DNA of 64,000 nt from Heteronotia binoei (lineage: Eukaryota). The position numbers and the translations under genes are program-made. This document shows positions 53,161 to 64,000 of this stretch, piece after piece. The stretch covers positions 78,306,001-78,370,000 of the forward strand of contig NC_083228.1 of assembly GCF_032191835.1 (NCBI RefSeq), in the 5' to 3' direction. Numbering within the stretch: position 1 is the stretch's first letter; the number at the start of each line of letters is the position of its first letter. The notes below the pieces were generated by a model. It saw only the letters and a list, made by a program, of their open reading frames with translations. It searched no databases and was not told where the DNA came from.

Positions 53161-54070
53161 GAATGATGAATAATGTAGTGGCTAAGTTTGCAGATGACAC
53201 AAAATTATTCAGGATGCTGAAAACTAAGGTTGACAGTAAAGAGCTCCAAGAGAATCTCCATAAATTGGGTAAGTGGGCAGCAATGTGGCAAATGAAGTCC
53301 AGTGTTGGTAAATATAGGAACAAAAAAAATCTCAACTTCAAGTATAGGCTAATGGGATCTGAACTTGCTGTGACTGAGAGGAAAGGAGATTGTGGGGTTG
53401 TTGTGGATAGCTCAATGAAAGTGTAAACCCAGTGTGCTGCAGCAGTGAAAAGAGCAAGCTCTTTGCTGGGAATTATTAAAAAATAAAACAGCCAATATTA
53501 TATTACCCCTATATAGATCTATGGTGTGGCCTCATTTGGAACACCGTGTGCAGTTCTGGTCACCATATCTATCTCAAAAAGACATGATGGAAAGTGCCAT
53601 AAAGTCACAGCCATTTGCCATCCTCTCAAAAGGGACATTGAGCTGGAAAAAGTATAAATGAGGTTACCCAAGATGATTAGGGGGTTGGAGCACCTTCCCT
53701 GTGAGTACAGGCTGAAAAGTCCAGAACTTTTTGGTTTAGAAAAGAGAAGACTACAGAGGGAGATGATAGTTTTATATAAAATTATTCACAAGGTAGAGAG
53801 AATTGACAAAGAACTCTTTCTCCACCTCCCAAAATATGAGGTCTATATATAGGTCTATTGCTGGCTGCCACCCCTGGGGATTAAAGAGAACCTCCATGTT
53901 CAAAGGCAGTCAGCCTCTGAATCCCAGTGCCAGGAGACAACATCAGGTGAAGGCCCTGGCATCTATGCCTTGTTATTGGATTGCCAGAGGAACTGTTTGG
54001 CCGCTTAGTGAGAGAGGATGCTAAACTAGATGGGACTACTGGTCTGATCCAGTAGGGCTCTTATGTGACT
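53161..54070 (+). mobile_element. 5'-truncated CR1 fragment
   Basis: VAKFADDTKLFR, GVVVDSSMK, MIRGLEHLP, GLEKRRL; CR1 3' end ctactggtctgatccagtagggctcttatgt. Confidence 0.88.
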
Positions 54071-54531
54071 GAAGGTAGCACAGACAGTATATTCTCCTGT
54101 TATGCCTGGGAAACAAGTTCCTAAGAAAGTCCATAGATATCCATTTCAAAGTTTCTGTTATCCATATCTAGAAATAGGGCCTGTCAGACAGTCTTGCCCA
54201 ATATCAAACCTTTGGAAAATAGGCTATACCAGTAGTCCATTAGTACTTTCCCTGGTTGATGTTCCTGGATGCAATTCTGTTCCAGGCACTACTGCAGTAG
54301 GAAACTGGAAACTACAGCAGAGGTTGTGAACATTATAACACAGGTTCAAAGGCTGGAATATCAGCTTCAGCTTCCTCTGGAGAGAAGATCTCCATATCTC
54401 TTGAGATTAGTCACTTACAGCTAAAGGAAGAACAAACATAAGCAGCTACATTCATTAACATTGCTATGGCTCCAGGAATTACTAGAGCCCTACAATTTTA
54501 GCCATGAAAGTGTAGACACCATGGAAAAGAG

Positions 54532-54537
54532 TTTATT
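54532..54537 (-). terminator. Probable EXOSC1 polyadenylation signal AATAAA
   Basis: TTTATT on the + strand about 225 nt downstream of the EXOSC1 stop codon. Confidence 0.6.
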
Positions 54538-54759
54538 GGCTTATAAAACAGTACAATTATGACATAAAATAGAGGAAAAGGGAGTAGTTAGGTCCTTTTT
54601 CTCTCAGGCCATTCTGGAGGTGGACGTGTACGTGGGTGTTTCATTTCTGTCTTGTACACTTAGCAATAGTTCAAAAAAGTTTCCTTTCCAGTGTCCTTTA
54701 TCTCTCTCTCCCCTGAGGTAAGCCTTACCAGTACTTGTACATCTTGGGGTATGTACCAT

Positions 54760-57700
54760 TTAGGTCTGCAGAAATTGTGGCTGCACCCGGGCTACCTTGC
54801 GCAGTTCCTTGGCATGTGTACTGGGACACTGCATTTCACACCAACTGATCGGCACCATCTGTACTCCTGAGAGCAAAATAAAAGTAATTAACAATCTAGG
54901 TTATGTTTTTGATATTCCTGCAGAAGCAGGAGTCCTCTACCAATGAAAATAACCTATGACCAATTCCTGCCACAGCTCAAGCTACCTTGAGGGAAATTTA
55001 ACTGCTCTGCTTCTGCAAAGCTCTCAAAACTCTGCACCTGCCTCATTATCATAATTATTCTATTCAAATATTATTCTATTCCTACCAATGCTACATTACT
55101 ACGGCTGGCAGTGCTTTCTATATAGCCATGGGTTTAAAAAGTTGTGGCCTAGAAGACTTTTTGCAATACATTTCAATCTGTGCAGAATGAAACTGTTCTT
55201 ACCTGCTTCACTATGAGCCACCACTACCCCCAGCTCATTTTCAGCTGTTGTCAGCAAGTAGTTGGATTGTGCATCTCCCAATGAGATCTAGTCCCACAAG
55301 CTAGGTTAAAGAAAACTGATTAATGGCTTTCACTCTAACTAGAAGTTAACAGATTCCTAAACTGGGCATAAAAACGACAACAAAAAAAGGATACAACTTT
55401 GGCCAGAACGATGTCTCCTGGGCGGAAACTCTTGTAAACCTCTACCTGCCAGTGTGGGGGAAAGAAAGACAGAAGATAAACAAAGTTGTAAGACTAGTAC
55501 AAGACTCTTATGTCACAGAGAAAATTCATGGAAGCAAGCCTACACTATGCATGAAAAAAAAATCAAAGAAATTAATGGGATCTGTGCTAAGATACTCTCA
55601 ACAGTGGAACAGCTGAATAGCACCTTATTCCACATGGGTTGAGTTTTCATTAAGAAATTTTCCAAACTTCAAAAATAATTTGGGGGAGAGGGTAAGTTAG
55701 GTGATAGATATTCTAATAAATTAATAAAATGTGTAATAGTGTCAGAAAGAAATGCTCTTGGCTCCATTTGCATTAGTGTGCTCATCATATGCTGTAATTG
55801 AGATGCTTATTCCACTGACCTTGTCTTTCTCTGTAGCTCGGATATCTTCTCTCCTGTAAAGGGAGACATTGAGACCTTACCCTTGCCATCCCCTTTTCTG
55901 CCTGCTGTCTATAAGTGAATTGTAATGTGATTAGCTTGCTTTAAAAAGAAGGGTTAGCTAACTTAATAGGTAACTGCTCTGGAGTAAATAAACCAGTGAC
56001 CCCCAACTAGGTGTGTACGTATTGGCAACATGCCTATGTGTTTCTAGGCGCCTGCTTCTTCCCCAGAACAAAGTGCCAATCCTGACTTTCCTCCAATTTA
56101 GTGGACAGGAAATGTGGCAGAACAGCCCAGAAGGCATCACTTTTGCATGTTTTCAGCATAGTAGGATGCTTGGGTTGGAACCTCTGAGCATTTTGTCATT
56201 GGCACCAGCCTTCAAGGTAGCCATTTTGTGTTCGCACCTCTATTTTTCAAAACATCAAAAGTGCCTACAGGTTCAGCAATATTAGGGGCTTCTAAAGTAA
56301 ACAATGAACTGCTGACAGGTACGGAAAGTAAAAAATCACTGATTCCTTAGTGTTCATCAGCACTCAAGTGCAAATGATGAGAATAAAACATGGTATTTAT
56401 AAAGGATAGAAGCCTAATCTCGCCTTGCCAAAAATCTCTTCCTACCGTATTGTTCCACGGAAGGGGGATTTCAGTGGTGTAGAGCTGACATACAAGATGT
56501 GGACCTTTGCAAAACGTGAATTAATGCTGCAGACCTGGGAAGAAGATTGAGAAAGAAAAAGGCCATTCACGTTTACTTTCAGGTTAAGCAAATCCAAACT
56601 AGTCAATTCAGGACATGACACACTCTGTAGAAGGAAGATGTGCCACATCTTCTGCTTAGCATCTTTCTCATTTTTCCTGTTCCCCCTCCCCTTCTGCTGA
56701 GGACAGATGCTTGCCAGGACTCACTGAGTCCATTGGAGAAAAAAATTCAAGGGCTTATAGAAAGCCTGTATATGAATAAACCACAGCAAAGGAGACAACA
56801 CTGCCCATACACAACAATCAAGTTTGCAGCACTCAATATCTTCTAGTTCGTTCACTTCCTGGCACATTAATAACCAAATTAAGGATGTTTCTATCTAATC
56901 TAGCAAGATCTGCCAATATTACCTTGCATGTCACCGTGGCCCCCACATCAGGTAGAAGTTGAGAATCTGCATCCCTCATTACAGAGACTACTGGCAGCTG
57001 CAAAAAAGCAAAGAAAACTGGTCTATCATCCACTGGTCGCATTGCATCAGGCTGTCTGCTGGCACAATAAGCCAACTTTGTCTCTGATCTCTTCTGGATT
57101 TCCAAAAGATCACACACTGATTCTTGTCCCACTCGTGCATCAAAACATACAGCATATCCAAGTGAACTTTGCTTCATTTTTACCATGCCATTTTCACTTT
57201 TCTTAATGAAACAACCAGCTAGAGAGGCAAATATAGAGCCATGACGGGTGTAGGTGCCACTGCCGGGGGTTCCTTCTTCTAAGCTGCAGAGTCTCTCTCC
57301 TGGGGAATACAATATAAAGGTGAAGTCAGTGCTGGAACTCCAAGTTTGTCTGCTTGTGATAGACTGTATGCCCAGGCTCTTCCAGATAGTATCTAACAAA
57401 ACATAATGTGTTGGTGGAATCAAAAGCAGCATTGTGAAATCCGGCCTATATAGTGATCACCACTGGGTTTGCATAACTTCATAAACTATTTTAAGGCCAC
57501 AGTAAATGAAACAGGTAAAGTTGGTGCCATAGTGGAAGCAGGATCAGCCTAGGTGTCCCAAATTTGCCAAGGTTTCTATTGTATTATTCTGCATGTTCAG
57601 ATACATCAGGGAAAAATATCTGTAAAGTGCTATTTTTTACCTCTTCCCCCAAAAACCTTTGCAATGGAAGAGGGAAGGCTTCCTGTTACTAGGAAAATAC

Positions 57701-59257
57701 CAAAAGCACTGACACTTCCTTGAGTGATGTATGGCTGATCTTCCTCCTTCTCTTGGCTCTCACAAAGGTGGTGGTGGGGGAAGAGACAGCATGCCCACCA
57801 TCTATAAGAGTGGCTATAGCAGCTCCTGAACCAGGATTTCAACAACTTTCAATCCAACAACTTGAGCCGGACCACTCTATGCAACATGTACATTTTCTGG
57901 ACATCCCTAAATAACTTTGCAGTTGACACAAAAACACCACTTTATACTGAAAATCCATTGTCCAGCATATATGCCTGCATGTTTCTAGTTATTACCTGGA
58001 GCAAATAAAACAATTCATTGCCTATAGCCAGCCACTACATTACAATCTCATTTGCTCCAATCCCTCAGGGACCTGAAGGATTTACAATACCCATTCAATA
58101 AAGTAAAAAAGTTGATCAACAAAACCAGACTGTCCCCAACACTAACCTGCTACACTACAAGCCCAAAGGAGAAATAATAGAACATCACTGATTGTCACCT
58201 ACAGCTCACAACATAAACCAGTCCAATAATGACATTCTCTCATTTGGGTGGCAGACCTTTCCTTGTTAACCCAAAGCAGCTTCTCATTAAGAACTACAGA
58301 CTGCTTAGCAGAGACTCAAAGCATAAGAACCAAATCCAGCAACAAACCTAGACACCCGTTTTGCCCCCATGCATACTCAGGCAGTATTACAGCTAATAGC
58401 ATCAGTCATACAACCCTGGGGACATCCTTCAACTGAATACATGCCATCAGGTGTCAACAATGCCCTACTCCATCTATGGGACAAAACCTAAAAACAAAAA
58501 AAGACCCCCCCCCCCCCCACCCCCAAAAGCCTCAGAAACAAGCAACAGGCACATATTAACCTCACAGCGCATACCGCGGGTCTATTTCACTCGGGTTCCT
58601 AATTATTCTCAGGATTACAGAGCCGAGTCTGAAAGATGTACAGCTCTCTGCGTGTTTTGCCTTGCCTCCTTTTAGTCCGTTCCTGGTATTTTCTTTTGCA
58701 TAGCCATTTATGCTTCTAAATTTGCGCTTGCACCTCTACGCTGGCTGCCTTAGAGCCGCATACACATGGCCACCTTCTTCATCCGGCCCCTTTCAGCAAC
58801 TTATTATTTCCGCTTTTTAGTACACTTCTCGCCTCCGCCCGACGGATCCTACTTACTGCCAGCCCATCTACCGCTCTAACCTAAACTGCGGCTGTTCTGC
58901 GCACGGCGAACTACACGTTCTAGGGATGCCAGCCTCCAAATGGGACTTGGGATCCCCCAAAATTACAGACCACAGAAATCAGTTCCCCTGGAGAAAATGG
59001 AAGCTTTGGAGGGGGAACGCTACGGTATTGTACCCCACTAAAGTCCCTGTCCTCCCCAGATTTCACCTCCAGTCTAGGAGTTTCCCAACCTGGATGTGGT
59101 AACCCCCGGTGGCCACGGGGTACCTGGCAACCCAAGCTCCGGCAGAATCCCCTGAGAGAAGTTCGATTTTCAATCCAACTCAGCTTTCCTCCCCCACAAT
59201 CCCGTACACATTTGCCGCCATTCACCTACCAGGAATGCAGTGTCGCGTCGGAGCCAT
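54760..59257 (-). CDS. EXOSC1: Exosome complex component CSL4 (194 aa), complete
   Basis: Exons in transcript order 59230-59257, 57184-57299, 56923-56997, 56446-56534, 55820-55853, 55395-55445, 55203-55287, 54760-54866 (585 nt). Peptides GERLCSLEEG, SQLLPDVGATVTCKV, SINSRFAKVHILYV, SFRPGDIVLAKVISLGD, KVARVQPQFLQT*. Confidence 0.96.
55288..55394 (-). other. EXOSC1: U12-type (minor spliceosome) GT-AG intron 6 of EXOSC1
   Basis: 5' splice site GTATCCTT; branch-site TTCTTTAAC (55305-55313 on minus) 17 nt from the 3' AG; no polypyrimidine tract. Confidence 0.85.
58921..59135. mobile_element. Short TAGGG(A/T)TGCCA-type MITE in EXOSC1 intron 1
   Basis: Termini tagggatgcca / tggcaacccaa. Confidence 0.65.
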
Positions 59258-59510
59258 GCTGTAGTTATGGAGGACAGAAGCTGCAAATCCCGCTTCCCCC
59301 TCAATTAGACCTCCTACCACTGGGGGCAGCTGTAACCAGTCACATCATTATTTAGTCTTGCTGTCACGTGTTTCTCTCCACGCGCTCCTTACTGTTGGTT
59401 TGGGTGAATTGACACAGAAACAAGTACGTTAGAAGGGGAAAGTATGACGGCGTCGCGCGATACCTGATGGGATTTGTAGTTCCGTTCGGGGAAGTGCATG
59501 CGCAATAAGG
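59258..59510. promoter_or_regulatory. Bidirectional CpG-island promoter EXOSC1/ZDHHC16
   Basis: Head-to-head genes a few hundred bp apart. TGGGATTTGTAGT at 59468-59480 is the reverse complement of the ACTACAnnTCCCA ZNF143/THAP11 motif. NRF1-like TGCATGCGCA at 59495-59504. Dense CpG from about 58560 to 60060. Confidence 0.8.
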
Positions 59511-59600
59511 TTTGGATAAGGGTGACCAAGACGAGAGATGTCTGAGTGGATGCGGTGACTGGAGAGCTGTTCGCCTCGTCCCAGAGAATGGAGGCGTCGG
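59500..59600 (+). other. ZDHHC16: Probable non-coding first exon of ZDHHC16 (start position approximate)
   Basis: CpG-rich segment downstream of promoter motifs, ending in the donor CGG|GTGAGA at 59600/59601. The transcription start is not determinable from sequence. Confidence 0.6.
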
Positions 59601-60428
59601 GTGAGAAACGGATCCTTCTCACGCTGTGTTCCTGCGGTGCATGCTGTGGTAGGTTGTCTTTAGCTCGGCATGCTTTTCCCCTGCCTTTCTCCATTGCTGT
59701 TAGGGGCACAGCCTTTTGCTAAGACCTTGTTATCTCCCCCCATCCTCTTTTTTTAACGTTTCTGTGAGTGCTGTTGTGTGATGTGCTGTGTGGGACACAA
59801 CAGGAAATCAGTCCCCTTCGCTCCCGCAGAAGTTGCCTAGCTTATTCCCCCTGCTATTCTGTTACTATACGTTCAGCGTTGTTGCAGCGGACCTCCTTAG
59901 AATATAAAGCTCTGGGTTTATAGAGGCACTCCCTTCAGTTCTCAAGCCTACAAAGGTTGGTGGAGGATATGCCCCGGCTTCCCTCCCCCGCCCCGACTAT
60001 GCACTCAGCAACCGTTATCAGGTTTGTCTCATGCCCACGAATCGGAGAAGAGAAACGGGGTTCACACAAGGGTGGAATTACAACACTGGCTGGCCTTTTT
60101 TCCATAGAGAATGTTGTGACTACAATGCACCTCAGGGAGGTCTTTCACTACAAAGTGTATTCTGATTTTCACCCACGCAGGTCTGATGAGCATTTCAGTT
60201 ATGTTCTCCCCCCAGTGAAGATTGTCTGTGCTGCCATCTGCTAGAAGGGTGATGCTGGTTTTTAAAAAGATTGCCCTTAATCTGTGCCTAGGAATTATGC
60301 CAACTCTGTCCAGCTGGCAGAGGACAAGCTGGGTGATTTGGCTGCTCTCAACAATGTATATGTATATTATTATGTACTGTAATCTCCATATGAATAGACT
60401 AGTGGAGCTGGACACTCAGCATCTAGCC

Positions 60429-60769
60429 CAGGGGTGGCCAAACTTGCTTAACATGAGAGCCTCAGAATAAATGTCAGATGTCTGAGAGCCGCAAGACATG
60501 ACTGCAAGATGTCTGAGAGCAGCAAGACATGAACATCAGATGTTTGAGAGCTGTGAGAAGAGGGAGGAAGGAAGGCATTATAGATGTGGGTGGGAGGAGA
60601 GAGAGGTGGAAAGAGAGCAACTTTATCTCTGGCTTGGTTGGAGAAGTGATTTAAAGAGAGACAAATGCCTTCCCCAAGCCAGCTGATAGGGCAGTGGGGA
60701 TTTCAAGAGCCACACAATATGTCTGAAAGAGTCACATGTGGCTCCCAAGGCACAGTTTGACCACCCCTG
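60429..60769. mobile_element. hAT-family MITE with perfect 8-bp TSD (ZDHHC16 intron 1)
   Basis: TIRs caggggtggccaaac / gtttgaccacccctg; TSD atctagcc at 60421-60428 and 60770-60777. Confidence 0.88.
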
Positions 60770-62665
60770 ATCTAGCCCCATGTGAACCTGACCCCTGAAA
60801 CTATGCTTCAGAATATTTCACTGTAAAAAAACTGAGTGACCACATCATTATGTGTTTTAATGTAAGAAACTCTCCTATGTTATGGGAGAATTTTGGGAAA
60901 AGGGACTGGTGTACTGCCCATGAAAAACCTGGGCATGGGCAGAGCTGGCAAGAATTTCCACTATCTATAGCCAAATGCTACTGAAGTTTCTGTCATTTAA
61001 GAATTAACAGGCTTCAGACCAATACAGGTCCACACTGACCCCTTTCTTCTAAAAATCTGTTAATGTGTTAAAGGCTATGCAACAGTCCTATCCTGCTTAA
61101 CATTGTACATTACTAATGGATATCATACTGGTGTTTTAATGGCCTGCTGAATCTCTTTGTCTTCTTTTGGATGATGCGTCCTTGAGATGAACCAAACAGC
61201 ACTGCTAGGTTTCATATAAGAGACTAATAAAAGAAAGTATGCTCCCTTTTGATAGCACAATAACATGTTTTACCCAAGCTGGAGTAGTTTCAGAATAACT
61301 CTTCTAATGTAAATCAAGAATTTGAAATGAATAGATGGTGTGTGTGGGGCGGGGAGAGACTGCTGTCCCAAGAAGACTGAGTGAAGTCTGGAAATCATGT
61401 TTGCTGCTGAGCTAGGCTCAAGCCTGCTAGCCTACTCTTGTGAGGTGTGCTATTCTGTCTTGCCATTCTCAGTCCCTTTGTGCTGTTGCTGCCTGCCACA
61501 CCTTGCTGGGTTGCTCCTTGCTTAAGGCCACCACCCCTTGAGGTTCATAAGATCACCGTTGGTTAATATTAATTGGCCAAGATCAGCTTTCTCCAGAGCT
61601 GGCCTAGCTCAGGTTCCTTCTTGCTCTTACATTAGTTGCAGCTTGACAACAGGGTTCATGCAAGCAGGTAAGCTCCATCATTTTTTCAGCCCCTCTGGCT
61701 TCTTATTTGAATCTTTCTGGCTGTGTCAGGTACAGTAGGCTGGTTTAAATGGGATAATTGTCCCATTTTAAGAAAAGAGACCAAGGCTTTAGGCGGAACC
61801 CCCACCCCACATGACTGAACTTGGTTTTGGGAATATTAATGGCTGTTTTGTCCCTTCCTTGCTTGGTGTGTTTTTCAACCTGCAGAGATTCTGCAATAGT
61901 GAAAATGAGCAGAAAGGGATGGGAGGAAGGATTCAGGCCATCTCAAGTATTCAGATAGCCATCTGAACTGTACATGTGCCCAGCTCTGTAACACATTATG
62001 TATGTATTTATTTATCACTGACCTTAATTCACCTCTTCTCCTTTCCCTCCCCAACTCTGGGGACTGCTAACAGGTCTTGAGACTTGCTTAGTGTGAATAC
62101 TGTCCATATCTCTAGTTTCCTCGGTGTCACTTTTGTCTTTCCCTTTATCTTGATTGTCTTTAGTTAATTCAATAGGTTGGCTCATTCATAATGTTTTCTA
62201 CTATGGTGACATTTTCCACCATTGTAAGAGAGTCTTCAGTTGGCTCAAGGCAAATTAGCAGAGAGGTTCTGTAGGATCCAATCCGATGACACTTGGGGAA
62301 GGATCCCAGAACTTACTCTCACTAAATATGCCTCTTTGGCACATAGTATCTGGCCAGCATGTTATCTCTTGAACTTAATGTGTGTGTGGCCGCACAAGAT
62401 TTGCTGTTCCATTTGGGGGGGAGAGGGTAGAAGGAAATGTTAGCAAAGTCACACCTAAAACACTATTCTGGGTTGGCAGTGACCATTCCTTGCCCCTGCA
62501 GCACCGGTTGGCTCCTTTTGTTGTAATGCCAATGAATTAAGTCCAGCACAGTCTTCTGAATCCCAGGCTTCAAGCCTTTGCTCACACTCTTGAAATGTCT
62601 GAGTTACAAAGAGGGTGGTGTTAATGAAGCTGCCTCCCTCTTTCCCCAGGATTCGAGTGACAGGA

Positions 62666-63916
62666 ATGAGGACTCGCCGGTGGATATTCTCTGCTGTCAT
62701 GCGCCTCTTACTGAGGTGCCTGAGAATAGGTCAGCGCCACCGGTTCTGGCCAACCCAGAAGGTGTGGCAGCTGTGGCTATATGGACGTCTGTGCCTGCGC
62801 TCTCTGCTGTACAACTCTTTCACTGACAGTGACACTGCCCTTGATGCTCTCTTTGAGCCTGTCTACTGGCTGGTGGATCACATCACCCGTTGGTTTGGAG
62901 TGGTAAGTACCCTTAGGAAGAGGAGTGGAGCCTAAATTCCATGAGAGGCAGTTCCAGCTCTTGACTAGAGATCCTTCCCCCAGCCATTTTGAGTAGCTAC
63001 TTCAAACACATGAAGATGCCCTAGACTACCAAGGCCAACATTGATCACTTTGACTGGCAGCAGCAGCGTCTCAGCCCAGTTTTTCATATCACCCACTTCC
63101 TGATTCTTGTGATGACTACTGTACGCAAAGGAGATGCTTTCCCACTGAGCTACAACCTTTTCCACCAAGCAAAGGGGAGATACAGATGTGGGAGGAAATG
63201 AAATTGATTCATGTAATCCTTTGTTTGCTCCCCAAAGTTGTTGAGCTCTTTGGGCTAATGGGAGTCCAAGTAAGCTTTATCAAAGGGATTCATCCAGCAA
63301 CACTGTGCTAGTGACTCAGTCCTTTCCCTGATCTGTCTTAACAGGTGTTTGTTGCATTGGTGATTATTCTGACCAGTTCAGTGGTGTGCATTGTGTATGT
63401 TTGCCTCTTGCCACTCATACTGCGGACCTACCCTCTTCCCTGGATCTTCTGGCACTTCATCTATGGCCACTGGAACCTTGTCATGATTGTCTTCCACTAC
63501 TACATGGCCATCACTACTCAGCCCGGTTGCCCTCCACAGGTAGGGCAGAGGCCTCAATATTTCTGCTTCATTCAGCAGGGGGTGCAGGATTTTGATGCCT
63601 CATAGAGGGTTTTTTATTCTGGTATCTGAAGCAGAGCTGCTTGGCAGGATTTCCCACCATTTCATGCCTTGCAAATCGACAGAAGTCAAAGGAGCTACCC
63701 TTATGTGGGACTGTTGAAGTCCTGGGTCCAAGTGTTCTTGACTCCGGCTTGTTCTGAGTGAGTGTAAGGTGGCAGCATCCTTGCAACAGAATGCTGAAGA
63801 ACCTCTGCTGTTTCCTTCCTCTAGCAGTCGAAGAGTGACATCGCTGCTGTCTCCATCTGCAGGAAATGTATTGCCCCGAAGCCTGCCAGGACCCACCACT
63901 GCAGCATCTGCAACAG
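62666..63916 (+). CDS. ZDHHC16: Palmitoyltransferase ZDHHC16, first three coding exons (gene continues right of window)
   Basis: Exons 62666-62902 (acceptor at 62650), 63345-63539, 63828-63916 (tandem acceptor also at 63825). Peptides LRSLLYNSF, FEPVYWLVD, GHWNLVMIVFHYY and the start of the DHHC cysteine-rich domain ICRKCIAPKPARTHHCSICN. Confidence 0.95.
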
Positions 63917-64000
63917 GTGGGCATTCTTGCTATGTCAGAATCAGTGCTTCTCACTCCTCTGGCATGTTGTGACTTGTGCTTGGACTTTAAATAGCATCTC

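Noticed and set aside
56833-57432. 199-aa minus-strand ORF
   Set aside because: An open read-through of EXOSC1 exons 2 and 3 and the in-frame intron between them. The splice sites are canonical, so it is not a separate gene.

Overview
Vertebrate genomic DNA, most likely a squamate reptile and probably a gecko (inferred from the repeat content: Sauria-type SINEs, CR1, L2, Vingi, L1 and TAGGGTTGCCA-ended MITEs). It holds the conserved block RRP12 (-, coding exons 1-29; 3' end lies left of the window), PGAM1 (+, complete, 4 exons), EXOSC1 (-, complete, 8 exons, one U12-type intron) and ZDHHC16 (+, first three coding exons). The about 19 kb between the head-to-head RRP12 and PGAM1 promoters is largely stacked and nested retrotransposons. 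These are a near-full-length CR1, an old L1 3' fragment, and a Vingi element split by a full-length 6.6-kb L1 with a 17-bp target-site duplication (TSD). The best candidate for something undescribed is a complete 1.56-kb ORF1-only, half-L1 (HAL1)-like retrotransposon at 33000-34562. It has a 14-bp TSD, a TT/AAAA target, AATAAA plus an A tail, and no ORF2. All exon boundaries, TSDs and alignments were read by eye and no database searches were run, so repeat family names are recollection-based.
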